A stretch of 32,000 nucleotides of DNA from Halomicronema hongdechloris C2206 (GTDB lineage: Bacteria; Cyanobacteriota; Cyanobacteriia; Phormidesmidales; Phormidesmidaceae): NCBI RefSeq assembly GCF_002075285.3, contig NZ_CP021983.2:5460001-5492000 (forward strand), in the 5' to 3' direction. The position numbers and the translations under genes were made by a program. The first letter of the stretch is position 1. Each line of letters begins with the position of its first letter. The notes under the pieces are model-generated. The model searched no databases and was not told the origin of the DNA. It worked only from the letters and a program-made list of their open reading frames with translations. Below are positions 7,308 through 16,703 of the stretch, one piece after another.

Positions 7308-10121
7308 TTACTCCCGCCCCTTTGTCGTCTCCTCATGGTCAGACACAGGCAGAGGGAAATGCTCAGCTAGAAATTGGCGAGCTTGACAGCGGCTTTGAAT
7401 GTGGCCATCTAGGGTGGCCGCCAGCAGAGCCGCTAAGATCTGCCGATAACGAGGACCCGGACGATAGCCCAGTTGTTTTAAGTCATGGCCATTTAGGGGA
7501 GGCCGTACCTCAGCCCAGTGGGTCAAATAGCGCCAAATGATTTGCCCCAGGGGACGGGGATGGCGGGCACTCACCAGCAATAGGGTGGCTAGGTCATGGC
7601 GGCGCAACTGCTGAACAATTTGACTGGGGGTTTGACACGCAGGCAACGTCTGACGCCAATCGGATTCTAAGTGATCGAGGTGGGCTAAGCGATCGATGGT
7701 TGGCTGGGGCAGTTGTAAGTTCTTGGCCACCCTTGACCGCTCGGACTTGGGTAGCTCTGCCAGCAGCACTTCTAAGCGCATCTGCCAGGGAACGAGGTGG
7801 TGTTCGAAATCAAATCGCTGTATCCAACGACTGACCCGTCGCAGCTGATGCCATAGCCGCTCACTCATGGCCAACTGGCTATGTAAACACTTGAGGGCTC
7901 CCAGTTTATCCAAGAGTCCTAGGGCGGGCTGCCAGTAGGCCGCTTCTAGGATATATTTCAGTTCATTTTTGAGTCGGGTTTGCAGGGCCGGTACCTTGGC
8001 CACTTGCTGCTGCATTTGGGTGTAGATACCGCTGTCGAGGGCATGGTGGATAAACCCCTCGGTTTGAGGATCAATTTGAAAAGCCAGGCGCACAGCGAAG
8101 CGGACAGCCCGGTAGATGCGGGTGGGGTCTTCGATGAAGCTGTTGGCGTGGAGTACTCGCACGCAGCGGTGATGTAAATCTACCCACCCCCCGAAGAAGT
8201 CCAGCAACAGGCCTGCCCCTGGCTGGGTCAGGCGAATGGCCATGGCATTGATGGTGAAATCACGGCGGTAGAGATCCTGCCGGATAGAGCTGGCTTCTAC
8301 TTCTGGGTTTGCCGCTGGGTAGGGATAGAATTCGGTGCGGGCGGTGGCAATATCGATCATGAGGGAGGCCAAAGAGCTGTCCCCGTCTCGATGCCAGACT
8401 AGGGCAGCGGTTTGAAAACGACCATAGACTTGTAGGTCGACCTCGGGATGGCTGTGTTTAATTCCCTGGGCTAGGGAGACTCCGGCTCCGACTTGGGCGG
8501 CCTGATAAAACCCATCCACCACCAGGTCAATATCGGTAAGCGCCAACTCGGCACTAGAGTCTGCTAGCAGGACATCTCGCACGGCTCCCCCGACCAGGTA
8601 GAGGTGCCAGCCTTGGCGCTCGGCCTGGTGCGCCATTTGCTGCAGAATGTGCCACAGGGGCTGGCCCAGGCAGTGGTGCAGGCGCTCCTTGAGGGCTGGG
8701 GCTGAGGGGGGAGATGGCAGTGGTTCTGACCTGTCTGGCAGCAGCTTGCCCCCATACTCATCGGCATGGCCTTGATGCAACTGCCGCAACACATCGGTGC
8801 GGGTGACGACACCTAGTAATTGCCTCTGCTCTAGGACGGGCAAGCGGCCAATGTCATAGGTCACCATCAGGGCTTCAATCTCAGGCAGGCTGGTATTGGG
8901 GCCGATGGTCTTTAAGTTGGTGGTCATGTAGCCCTTGACGGGGGCATGGCTGAAGCCATGGTGCAGGGCCAGATCGAGATCACGGCGGGAAATGATGCCG
9001 ACGAGTTCATCATCATTGTTGACGACGGAGAGTCCCGAGTGACCGTAGCGCAGCAAGATCCGCTGGGCTTCGGCGATGGTGGTCTGGGGTCGAATGGTGC
9101 GCACCGGCGATGACATCAGTTCCCGGGCCACGGGCGGTTTGGGAATCTGCTGCCGCAATTGCCCCAGTAGCTCGGCCATGAGACTATCGACCTGCTCGCT
9201 CTGAAGGCTGGCTGCAGCGGCTGTAGCGTGGCCTCCTCCTCCCAGGGGACGAAAGAGGGCGCCAAAATCAATGCCGCCATTGTCGGTGGTGACGGCAGTG
9301 CGTCCCCGGGCACGACCAATGAGCACAACTTTGTAGCCTTCTCGGGCAGGATAGTGCGCCCCTAGTAACAAGCTGTCGCTGTCGGTAAGGGAGATGAGGC
9401 GTTCTGCCAGACTGGAGAGACCGGGGACATGGCCTTCTAGGGGCAGCTGCACCCAGCTGAGGGTATGACCGTGCAGGGTTTCGCTCTGCACCGTGTCCAT
9501 GGCCTGACTCAGCAGGGTCTGTAGCGTTGGCGATAATTCGGGCTCGACAAATTCTGCGATCGCACGTTGGTTGGCCCCCTGGCCCATCAACCAGGCTAGG
9601 GCCAAGGCATCACGCTGGGTGGACTGCTCGAAGGTGAGCGACCCGGTATCCACATGAATGCCCAGGGCCATCACCGTAGCCTCGGCCACCGTCAGCGCCA
9701 TAGACTGGGCTTGCAACTGCTCCACCACCAACGTCGTGGCTGCTCCCACCGCATCCACATAGGTCGTCGTCGCCGGGATATCTCCCCCCTGGCCATGATG
9801 GTCATATAGGGTAATGGGGAGCTTTTTATCTTCTGCCCGCGTGATCCAGTCCGCGACCGGCCCCAGTCGGTCGCGATATTGGGTGTCTACAATCGTGAGG
9901 GAGCGGATCTGCTCCGGTCGCACCGAGCGCCGTTCTATTAACGAGTATTCATCCCGATGTAAGGCTAGAAACGACTGCACGCTGGGATGACAGCCTCCCG
10001 CCAACACCAAGCGGGTACCCGGCTGCTGGCATGTCACCCCCACTGCTGCCCCCAAGGTGTCGAAATCTGCCGTCGTGTGGCAGAGCACTAAATCCATTAA
10101 CCGATGTTCAAAGGCTGTCAT
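7308..10121 (-). CDS. DHH/DHHA1 phosphoesterase - CBS pair - CCA-adding enzyme/poly(A) polymerase family nucleotidyltransferase fusion
   Basis: The 937-aa ORF has an N-terminal DHH motif (ITLYDHHGQGGD) and DHHA1 motif (GGGGHATAAAA). In the middle are two CBS-like repeats (ELMSSPVRTI...GLSVVNNDDELVGIISRRDL; MTTNLKTI...LPVLEQRQLLGVVTRTDV). The C-terminal half has class-II nucleotidyltransferase motifs (LYLVGGAVRDVLL, DIDLVVDG, RRDFTINAMA, FIEDPTRIYRAVRF). Confidence 0.85.
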   Translation of the reverse strand: MTAFEHRLMDLVLCHTTADFDTLGAAVGVTCQQPGTRLVLAGGCHPSVQSFLALHRDEYSLIERRSVRPEQIRSLTIVDTQYRDRLGPVADWITRAEDKKLPITLYDHHGQGGDIPATTTYVDAVGAATTLVVEQLQAQSMALTVAEATVMALGIHVDTGSLTFEQSTQRDALALAWLMGQGANQRAIAEFVEPELSPTLQTLLSQAMDTVQSETLHGHTLSWVQLPLEGHVPGLSSLAERLISLTDSDSLLLGAHYPAREGYKVVLIGRARGRTAVTTDNGGIDFGALFRPLGGGGHATAAAASLQSEQVDSLMAELLGQLRQQIPKPPVARELMSSPVRTIRPQTTIAEAQRILLRYGHSGLSVVNNDDELVGIISRRDLDLALHHGFSHAPVKGYMTTNLKTIGPNTSLPEIEALMVTYDIGRLPVLEQRQLLGVVTRTDVLRQLHQGHADEYGGKLLPDRSEPLPSPPSAPALKERLHHCLGQPLWHILQQMAHQAERQGWHLYLVGGAVRDVLLADSSAELALTDIDLVVDGFYQAAQVGAGVSLAQGIKHSHPEVDLQVYGRFQTAALVWHRDGDSSLASLMIDIATARTEFYPYPAANPEVEASSIRQDLYRRDFTINAMAIRLTQPGAGLLLDFFGGWVDLHHRCVRVLHANSFIEDPTRIYRAVRFAVRLAFQIDPQTEGFIHHALDSGIYTQMQQQVAKVPALQTRLKNELKYILEAAYWQPALGLLDKLGALKCLHSQLAMSERLWHQLRRVSRWIQRFDFEHHLVPWQMRLEVLLAELPKSERSRVAKNLQLPQPTIDRLAHLDHLESDWRQTLPACQTPSQIVQQLRRHDLATLLLVSARHPRPLGQIIWRYLTHWAEVRPPLNGHDLKQLGYRPGPRYRQILAALLAATLDGHIQSRCQARQFLAEHFPLPVSDHEETTKGRE

Positions 10122-10238
10122 GGGCTGGGGTCAGATGGTATCTCCTCAGAGCTGGGACTGCTAAGACGCCCCTAGTGCCTTCCCTAGAGCCCAGTAATCT
10201 TCCGCAAGGGACCCAATATCTGATAGCGTACTAATCAG

Positions 10239-10256
10239 AGCATGCGATCGCATGCT
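10239..10256. repeat. 18-bp perfect palindrome AGCATGCGATCGCATGCT built around a HIP1 octamer (one of 12 HIP1 copies in the window)
   Basis: Read directly from the sequence. The HIP1 core GCGATCGC is at 10244-10251. Other perfect HIP1 cores start at 846, 4016, 5244, 5895, 9556, 11527, 15040, 19248, 20665, 23783 and 27705. Confidence 0.95.
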
Positions 10257-10300
10257 GCCTATTGGCTTACTGGCTGCTGTATTGAGAGTGAGGGAGAACG

Positions 10301-10489
10301 ATGTCATTCCTATTTCAGATCGCCCTGTTAGCTTTAGTCATTTTCTCATTTGTCATGGTGATTGGCGTGCCTGTGGCCTACGCCTCTCCCCAGAGCTGGG
10401 ATCAATCTAGGCGGTTCATCCTGCTGGGTTCCATCCTTTGGGGAGTATTGGTAGTGGTCGTCGGTGGCCTCAATTACTTTGTGGTGTAA
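10301..10489 (+). CDS. psbZ: Photosystem II reaction centre protein Z (Ycf9)
   Basis: The 62-aa product [36 protein letters not shown]...LNYFVV matches the PsbZ consensus (FQLAL.ALV..SF.MV.GVPV.YASP..W) nearly residue for residue. A GGGAG sequence lies upstream of the ATG. Confidence 0.93.
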   Translation: MSFLFQIALLALVIFSFVMVIGVPVAYASPQSWDQSRRFILLGSILWGVLVVVVGGLNYFVV

Positions 10490-10500
10490 CTAGGAGCAGT

Positions 10501-11067
10501 ATGGCAGTCTTTGAAGGGAGTTTCACCCAAACCGAATCCATGCGCTTCGCCCTGGTGCTAGGTCGCTTCAATGACCTGGTCACCGGCAAGCTCCTAGAAG
10601 GCTGCCAAGACTGTCTCAAACGCCACGGTATAGACGTCAATCCTCAAGGTTCCCAAGTCGATTATGCCTGGGTGCCTGGTAGCTTCGAGATTCCCCTAGT
10701 GGCTCGTCAACTGGCCCTGACAGGCCGCTATGATGCCATTATATGCTTGGGGGCTGTCATTCGGGGCCAAACCCCCCATTTTGACTACGTAGCTGCCGAA
10801 GTCTCCAAAGGGGTCGCAGCGGCCGGATTTCAAACCGGCGTGCCAATTGTCTTTGGCGTCTTAACCACCGATTCCATGCAACAGGCCTTGGAGCGGGCTG
10901 GTATCAAGAGTAATCACGGCTGGGGCTACGCCATGGATGCCCTAGAAATGGCCAGCTTGATGCGCCAGATTCATTACCTACCCGGCACTCAGAGAAATGG
11001 CCTATCGAGCTCTGACCGCCAGAGTTTGCCCACATCCACAACTAGAATGACGCCTGCTGAGAGCTAA
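10501..11067 (+). CDS. ribH: 6,7-dimethyl-8-ribityllumazine synthase
   Basis: MAVFEGSF...[21 protein letters not shown]...[43 protein letters not shown]...[19 protein letters not shown] matches RibH. I chose the ATG at 10501 because AGGAG sits 6 nt upstream. The track start at 10438 would overlap psbZ. psbZ-ribH adjacency is also known from Synechocystis. Confidence 0.92.
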   Translation: MAVFEGSFTQTESMRFALVLGRFNDLVTGKLLEGCQDCLKRHGIDVNPQGSQVDYAWVPGSFEIPLVARQLALTGRYDAIICLGAVIRGQTPHFDYVAAEVSKGVAAAGFQTGVPIVFGVLTTDSMQQALERAGIKSNHGWGYAMDALEMASLMRQIHYLPGTQRNGLSSSDRQSLPTSTTRMTPAES

Positions 11068-11165
11068 TTAGCCCTGCAGCAGGCTCACGACGGCACCCCT
11101 GCTAGGCCGCCTTTTTTGTGCTGGCTAGTTTCTGTGGCAGAAGCAACACCTCTATTGACCAAGGC

Positions 11166-11187
11166 GGCAAGGCTGCTTAGCCTTGCC
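11166..11187. terminator. 9-bp perfect hairpin in the convergent ribH / COP23 spacer (possible terminator)
   Basis: GGCAAGGCT-gctt-AGCCTTGCC, read directly. No clean U-tract follows on either strand, although a T6 run lies upstream at 11112-11117. The terminator function is therefore tentative. Confidence 0.35.
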
Positions 11188-11268
11188 TAAGTTCTCTGGG
11201 CAGGCCTTAGCCGAGCAGCTTTGCGTTGCCCCGCGGCTACGTTGTTTTTAACCTGCCTTAATATGCCC

Positions 11269-11961
11269 TTAACGGAAATCATCGGGGTTGAGGGTCGGCC
11301 CTGAAGCCCCAACACCGTCCCTCAACTGCTCACCGGTGCCACCATCGGCCTCATCTAAAAAGGGTTTCAAATTAATGCCATTGGACCGAGATGGGCTATT
11401 GCCTAGGATAGCCCCTAAGGATTCCAGCAGACTACCCGGCAGTAGGGAGGTGTCACCATCATCAGTGAAGGTATTGACCCCTTGCGTCGATTGGCCTTCA
11501 TCTGCCAGAGCCAAGTTTTCAAAGACGCGATCGCGAGTGGCCACTGGATCTTGTCCAGGAGGTACTGTGAACACGATGCGACAGGCGGGCACTGCCTCAG
11601 TCGTCACGCAGACAGTATTGTAGCCATTCTCAACGGCGGTGAGCATTTCCACTAAGCCGTCGGGGCGGTAAGACTCTAAGCGCCGACTGATCTCATTACA
11701 GCGACGCTCCGCTGGCCAGGCACTGCCCATATCTTCTGGAATCGCCCAAGGATAGGCCTCTCCCGGTTGACTCTGGGGCAGATACATCACCGTATATTGG
11801 CCATTATGTACCTGACAGGCAAAGCGAGGCCCCGTGGCCGCGGGAGATGGGGTATCTGAGTCTGGCGGGGCATCTTGGGCGGATAGCGGTATTGCCTGCC
11901 CCATCATCATAGCCAGGCCCAAAGCCAAGCCGCCTACACGGTGCCAGTGAACATAGGTCAT
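11269..11961 (-). CDS. Secreted COP23-like (circadian oscillating polypeptide family) protein
   Basis: There is an N-terminal signal peptide (GGLALGLAMMMGQAIPLSAQ). It is followed by the Cys-framed core I associate with cyanobacterial COP23 proteins (RFACQVHNGQYTVMY...W...AERRCNEISRRLE...YNTVCVT...CRIVFTVPPG). The assignment is from memory of the family pattern. Confidence 0.6.
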   Translation of the reverse strand: MTYVHWHRVGGLALGLAMMMGQAIPLSAQDAPPDSDTPSPAATGPRFACQVHNGQYTVMYLPQSQPGEAYPWAIPEDMGSAWPAERRCNEISRRLESYRPDGLVEMLTAVENGYNTVCVTTEAVPACRIVFTVPPGQDPVATRDRVFENLALADEGQSTQGVNTFTDDGDTSLLPGSLLESLGAILGNSPSRSNGINLKPFLDEADGGTGEQLRDGVGASGPTLNPDDFR

Positions 11962-12204
11962 GGCTGTATTCTCCCAGGAGTGCTCGACGATATTCCCCTA
12001 GCCAAAGGGTCTGTTCCCTTAGACGCCGCGGCTAGAAGAATCGTTCCCAACTCATCACTACCTCAACCGGGCTCTCAGGCTGACTCAATGCTTACTGTGG
12101 GAGTACCCTAACCAGGCTGTGTGAGTGAACGTCCAAGCCAAATCCCAGCGAATAAGGAATTACAAACTATATCAAGTCTAACAATCTTCACTCTTCCACT
12201 CCCC

Positions 12205-12642
12205 TTACTGGTGCATGCCCTTGAAGTAAGCGCTGCAACTGTCGTCATCGCAGGCGGGGTAGTCGGAATGGTAAGTGCTTTCCCGCTGGCCAAAGAGTTG
12301 GTAGCGACGGTCGCGCACTTGTTCATAGAGGCGATCACCCCCTGGCTTCAAACCCGGCAGGGCACGATAGGCCTGAATAAACAGGTGCCCTAAGGGCAAA
12401 CGGCGACCAATTTCCTCCACAGCGTCACTGCCCTGCCAGCGTTGGGTCAGATCATCCTCATCCAGCAGAATCATGCCTTGCTCACAGTCGGCGGCGGTAA
12501 TCTCAAGCTGGGCCAGGGCTGTCTCGTCTTGCATGGGAATGTAGTGAAATCGCTGGCCCCGATCGAGGCGCTCTAGGAACTGCACCAGCGAGACGCAAAG
12601 ATTGCAATTACCGTCATAAATTACGTAGTACATGGTTGACAT
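12205..12642 (-). CDS. DCC-family (DUF393/YuxK-like) thiol-disulfide oxidoreductase
   Basis: The N-terminal signature YVIYDGNCNLCVSLVQFLERLD carries the family-defining D-x-x-C-x-x-C motif, and the size is typical (145 aa). Confidence 0.75.
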   Translation of the reverse strand: MSTMYYVIYDGNCNLCVSLVQFLERLDRGQRFHYIPMQDETALAQLEITAADCEQGMILLDEDDLTQRWQGSDAVEEIGRRLPLGHLFIQAYRALPGLKPGGDRLYEQVRDRRYQLFGQRESTYHSDYPACDDDSCSAYFKGMHQ

Positions 12643-12749
12643 CCTATATAGTGTGAGCCGACTTCAGGTCATCGCCCCCACTTCCTCTACCTAAGATGCC
12701 ACAAGCATCTTGACGAGTGCCGAAATTTTTATCGCCTTTCCAGTCCACT

Positions 12750-12779
12750 CTTAACCTAGTCTTTACGTTGGCGCTGTAT
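12750..12779 (+). promoter_or_regulatory. Pho box (SphR/PhoB-type): three 8-bp direct repeats with 11-bp phasing upstream of pstS
   Basis: The site reads CTTAACCT-agt-CTTTACGT-tgg-CGCTGTAT. The first repeat is a perfect match to the cyanobacterial Pho-box unit PyTTAAPyPy(T/A). The second has 2 mismatches and the third is weak. It lies 55-85 nt upstream of the pstS ATG. A TATGGT -10-like hexamer sits at 12777-12782. Confidence 0.5.
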
Positions 12780-12833
12780 GGTGCTTCAGGAACGCCTTGA
12801 ATCACCGAAATCTGGTGAGGGAGTGAACACCCG

Positions 12834-13892
12834 ATGGTATTCAGTACGACTCGATTTGCTTATGCCGTGTCTCTAGCTGCCCTGCTGACAGGCGTCGCAG
12901 CCTGTGGTGGACAGCAGACGGCTACCGATACCGAAACCGACACCACGGCTGAGGCCCCCGCCGAGGGTGGCTCTGAACTCAGCGGTGATGTTCTGATTGA
13001 TGGTTCTAGCACTGTCTTCCCCATCTCTGAGGCCATGGCCGAAGAATTTATGGCAGAAAACCCAGGCACTCGCGTCACTGTAGGCGTGTCTGGTTCTGGG
13101 GGCGGCTTTGAGAAGTTCTGTAATGGCGAGACTGATGTCTCCAACGCCTCTCGTCCCATTAAGCAAGAAGAGATCGATACCTGCGCCGAGAATGGTATTG
13201 AGTTTATCGAATTGCCCATTGCCTTCGATGGTCTCTCGGTAGTAGTCAATAATGAGAATGATTGGGCCCAGTGCCTCACCCCTGCAGAGCTCAACACCAT
13301 GTGGTCCCCCGAAGCGGAGGGAGAAGTCACCAGCTGGAACCAAGTCAGAGGTGAATTTCCTGACCAGGAATTGCGTCTCTACGGTCCTGGTACTGACTCC
13401 GGTACCTTCGACTACTTCACCGAGGCCATCAACGAAGAAGGTGGTGCTAGCCGCGGTGACTACACCGCCAGTGAAGATGACAACGTCATCGTCCAAGGGG
13501 TCACCGCCGCCGATCCAGGTGGTTTGGGTTACTTTGGCTACGCTTACTACGAGGAAAACCAGGATGCCCTCAAGATAGTTGAAATTGAGAACGCCGAGGG
13601 TACCTGTGTGGCCCCGTCTCGTGAAACTATCGCCGATGGTAGTTATAATCCCCTGTCTCGTCCTTTGTTCTTCTACGTGAAGGTGGATTCCTACGAAACT
13701 AAGCCCCAAGTAGCGGCATTCGTCGATTTCCAGATCGATCCTGCCAACTCTGACTTGGTGGCTGAAACCGGCTATGTCGGTCTGCCTGAGACCATCACTG
13801 AGAGGGTGGCTGCTCGCCTGGAAAGTGGTACCACTGGCTCCATCTACGAAGGTGGGTCTTCTGTGGGCGTAAAGCTAGAAGACAAGCTCTAG
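12834..13892 (+). CDS. pstS: Phosphate ABC transporter substrate-binding lipoprotein
   Basis: There is a lipoprotein signal with a lipobox (LLTGVAAC). PstS-family motifs follow: IDGSSTVFPISEA, TVGVSGSGGGF, DVSNASRPIK and YFGYAYY. It is followed by pstC, pstA and pstB. Confidence 0.9.
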   Translation: MVFSTTRFAYAVSLAALLTGVAACGGQQTATDTETDTTAEAPAEGGSELSGDVLIDGSSTVFPISEAMAEEFMAENPGTRVTVGVSGSGGGFEKFCNGETDVSNASRPIKQEEIDTCAENGIEFIELPIAFDGLSVVVNNENDWAQCLTPAELNTMWSPEAEGEVTSWNQVRGEFPDQELRLYGPGTDSGTFDYFTEAINEEGGASRGDYTASEDDNVIVQGVTAADPGGLGYFGYAYYEENQDALKIVEIENAEGTCVAPSRETIADGSYNPLSRPLFFYVKVDSYETKPQVAAFVDFQIDPANSDLVAETGYVGLPETITERVAARLESGTTGSIYEGGSSVGVKLEDKL

Positions 13893-13908
13893 GTCTGTTG
13901 ATTGGCTA

Positions 13909-13946
13909 GATAGAGGAGCGGGACCCCTGCTCCTCTATCTCTTTTT
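13909..13946 (+). terminator. Intrinsic terminator/attenuator between pstS and pstC
   Basis: A perfect 11-bp stem GATAGAGGAGC-gggacccct-GCTCCTCTATC is followed by TCTTTTT. It starts 17 nt after the pstS stop codon. Confidence 0.7.
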
Positions 13947-13978
13947 GTCGTTGGAGTTGAGCGTTGCAGGTACGTTAA

Positions 13979-14911
13979 ATGACCCCTGGAGTTTCCCCGG
14001 GCTCGGAGACCCTCTGGAACCCGAATCGGCAGAGAAGTAAGATCACCCAACAGATTGTGATTTTCATCACCGGAGCCTGTGCGACGGTGTCGATTCTCAC
14101 GACCTTTGGAATCGTCGCTACCTTGATTTTTGAAACCTTTGAATTTTTCCAGGAAGTGTCGATCGTAGACTTTTTGACCGACACTCGCTGGACGCCCCTC
14201 TTTAGCAGTAAGCAATTTGGCATTTTTGTATTGATTAGTGCCACCTTGTTGACCTCTACCATTGCTATTTTGGTGGCGTTGCCGCTGGGATTGTTGGCTG
14301 CCATTGCCCTGAGTGAGTACGCCAAGCCTAACGTCAGGAAGGTAATTAAGCCGATTCTCGAGGTGTTGGCCGGGATTCCCTCCATTGTGTTTGGCTACTT
14401 TGCCCTGTTGACGGTGACACCGTTTTTGCAGAATTTTGTGCCGGGCTTGCAGGGCTTTAATGCTCTCAGTGCGGGGTTGGTGTTAGGCATTGCTATCTTG
14501 CCTCTGGTGGCGTCTTTGAGTGAGGATGCCATCTATTCGGTACCGCGTAGTCTCCGAGATGGGGCCTATGCCCTGGGAGCCACTAAGCGGGAAACGATTA
14601 TTTCAGTGGTGCTACCGGCAGCGTTATCTGGGATTGTGGCCTCCATCATCCTGGCTATTTCTCGGGCCATCGGCGAAACCATGATCGTGACCTTGGCGGC
14701 GGGGCAAAACCCAACTCTGGGCTTTAACCCCTTGGTACCCACCATGACCATGACGGCTTATATGGTGCAGGTGAGCTTGGGCGATACCCCAGTGGGGTCC
14801 ATTGCCTATAAGACGCTGTTTGCTGTGGGGATGAGCCTGTTTTTAATTACCTTGGTGCTGAACCTGATCAGTTTCTGGGTTGTGCGTCGATTTAGGGAGC
14901 AATACGAGTAA
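13979..14911 (+). CDS. pstC: Phosphate ABC transporter permease PstC
   Basis: This is a multi-TM permease with the EAA-type loop (SLSEDAIYSVPRSLRDGAYALGATKRETI). Its stop overlaps the pstA start (TAATG at 14909-14913). Confidence 0.9.
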   Translation: MTPGVSPGSETLWNPNRQRSKITQQIVIFITGACATVSILTTFGIVATLIFETFEFFQEVSIVDFLTDTRWTPLFSSKQFGIFVLISATLLTSTIAILVALPLGLLAAIALSEYAKPNVRKVIKPILEVLAGIPSIVFGYFALLTVTPFLQNFVPGLQGFNALSAGLVLGIAILPLVASLSEDAIYSVPRSLRDGAYALGATKRETIISVVLPAALSGIVASIILAISRAIGETMIVTLAAGQNPTLGFNPLVPTMTMTAYMVQVSLGDTPVGSIAYKTLFAVGMSLFLITLVLNLISFWVVRRFREQYE

Positions 14912-15837
14912 TGACTGTTGACTCGACTCGAAATTACCCGGCAGGGAGTTTGGGGAGTTTTGCTGAGAAGTTTCATCAAAACCTCTCTGGTCGCTATCGC
15001 CTGGATGCCATCTTCCAGTCGCTGGCTTGGCTGTCAGTTGCGATCGCATTGATTGTTCTAGCCTGGCTGCTGCTAGATGTGCTGATCGATGGCATCCCCA
15101 CCCTCAACTGGGAATTCATTACCAATTTTCCCTCCCGTAAACCTGAAGAAGCTGGGGTTTGGGCTGCTCTAATGGGCACCATCTGGGTCATGGCTGTCGT
15201 CGCTGTCGTGGCCTTTCCCATCGGTGTAGGAGCTGCCATTTACCTAGAGGAGTTTTCGTCCGATAACTGGTTCAGCCGCTTCGTTGAGATCAACATCAGT
15301 AATTTGGCCGGAGTGCCCTCGATCATTTACGGCTTGCTAGGGCTGGCTGCCTTCGTTTATTTGTTCGAACCTATCACCGGTGGTCGTAGTGTCTTGACCG
15401 GTGGACTCACCCTGGCTCTGCTGATTTTGCCCATTATTATTGTGGCTACGCGGGAATCGCTGCGGGCCATTCCCAATAGTATTCGCCTGGCAGGGTTTGC
15501 TTTAGGAGCGACTCGCTGGCAAGTCGTTTGGTCCCATGTGTTACCCTACGCCATGCCCGGAATCTTGACCGGAACGATTCTGGCCCTATCCCGAGCCATT
15601 GGGGAAACGGCTCCCCTGATCGCCATCGGGGCCTTGACCTTCATTCCCTTTATCCCAGATGGTCTGCAGAGTCCATTTACGGTGTTACCGATTCAGGTTT
15701 ACAACTGGGTCAGCCGACCGCAAGAGGAATTCCATGCCATCGCTGCTTCTGGAATTATCCTGCTGCTGATTGTGTTGCTGGCTATGAATGCCATTGCCAT
15801 TTACCTGCGCAACCGCCTGCAAAAGATCAACCTTTAA
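14911..15837 (+). CDS. pstA: Phosphate ABC transporter permease PstA
   Basis: This is a multi-TM permease with the loop ATRESLRAIPNSIRLAGFALGATRWQVV. Its position between pstC and pstB supports the call. Confidence 0.9.
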   Translation: MTVDSTRNYPAGSLGSFAEKFHQNLSGRYRLDAIFQSLAWLSVAIALIVLAWLLLDVLIDGIPTLNWEFITNFPSRKPEEAGVWAALMGTIWVMAVVAVVAFPIGVGAAIYLEEFSSDNWFSRFVEINISNLAGVPSIIYGLLGLAAFVYLFEPITGGRSVLTGGLTLALLILPIIIVATRESLRAIPNSIRLAGFALGATRWQVVWSHVLPYAMPGILTGTILALSRAIGETAPLIAIGALTFIPFIPDGLQSPFTVLPIQVYNWVSRPQEEFHAIAASGIILLLIVLLAMNAIAIYLRNRLQKINL

Positions 15838-15895
15838 ACTTGGCTTAACCTCCGAGCTCTAAACTGATAAATTGCTGTTGCCCCGCTCTCTAACC

Positions 15896-16702
15896 ATGGT
15901 CCAAGATTCTTCCACTCAAACCCTAACCGATTTAACTTTCAAGGTTGAGAATGTCGGTGTCTATTATGGTTCTGCCTTGGCGGTCCGGGATGTTTTCTTA
16001 GACATTCCCAAGGGGCAAATTGTTGCCTTCATCGGACCATCTGGTTGTGGTAAGAGTACCATTCTGCGCTGCTTCAACCGTATGAATGACTTGATCCCCA
16101 GTGCCAGGATGACGGGGCGCATCATTTACCACGACACCGATATTTACGCTCGCTCTGTCGACCCGGTGGAGCTGCGTCGTCGCATCGGCATGGTGTTCCA
16201 GAAGCCTAATCCTTTTCCCAAATCCATTTACGAGAATATTTCCTTTGGGGCCAAAATCAATGGTTACCAGGGAGATATGGATGAATTGGTAGAGCAATCC
16301 CTACGTCGGGCAGCCATTTGGGAAGAAGTGAAGGATAAGCTCAACGAAAGCGGCCTCTCCCTGTCCGGTGGTCAGCAGCAGCGATTGTGTATTGCCCGAG
16401 CCATCGCCATTGAGCCCGAAGTGATTCTAATGGACGAACCCTGTTCGGCACTAGACCCCATCTCCACCCTAAAAATTGAGGAGCTGATGCAGGAGCTAAA
16501 AGAGCAATACACGATCATCATCGTGACCCACAACATGCAGCAGGCCTCTCGGGTGTCTGACAAAACGGCCTTCTTCAATGCTGAAGCTACTGAAAGCGGT
16601 GGCAAAGTGGGCTATTTGGTGGAATATGACGATACCCAGACCATCTTCACCAATCCTCAGCAAGAATACACCCGTGACTATGTGTCTGGCCGATTTGGCT
16701 AA
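15896..16702 (+). CDS. pstB: Phosphate ABC transporter ATP-binding protein PstB
   Basis: Motifs present: Walker [10 protein letters not shown], PstB-typical [12 protein letters not shown] signature [14 protein letters not shown], Walker [12 protein letters not shown] and H-loop VTHNMQQA. I prefer the ATG at 15896 (MVQDSS...) over the TTG at 15872. Confidence 0.93.
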   Translation: MVQDSSTQTLTDLTFKVENVGVYYGSALAVRDVFLDIPKGQIVAFIGPSGCGKSTILRCFNRMNDLIPSARMTGRIIYHDTDIYARSVDPVELRRRIGMVFQKPNPFPKSIYENISFGAKINGYQGDMDELVEQSLRRAAIWEEVKDKLNESGLSLSGGQQQRLCIARAIAIEPEVILMDEPCSALDPISTLKIEELMQELKEQYTIIIVTHNMQQASRVSDKTAFFNAEATESGGKVGYLVEYDDTQTIFTNPQQEYTRDYVSGRFG

Positions 16703-16703
16703 G

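Noticed and set aside
10438-10500. Upstream extension of ribH given in the ORF track (start at 10438)
   Set aside because: It would overlap the 3' end of psbZ by 52 nt and add non-homologous residues. The ATG at 10501 has an AGGAG 6 nt upstream and yields the canonical RibH N-terminus.
12873-13709. 278-aa ORF (and the 156-aa ORF at 12860..13330) on the minus strand, opposite pstS
   Set aside because: They lie entirely antisense to a confidently identified pstS. They have no recognisable motifs, an odd composition and no start context. They are typical open antisense frames in GC-rich coding DNA.
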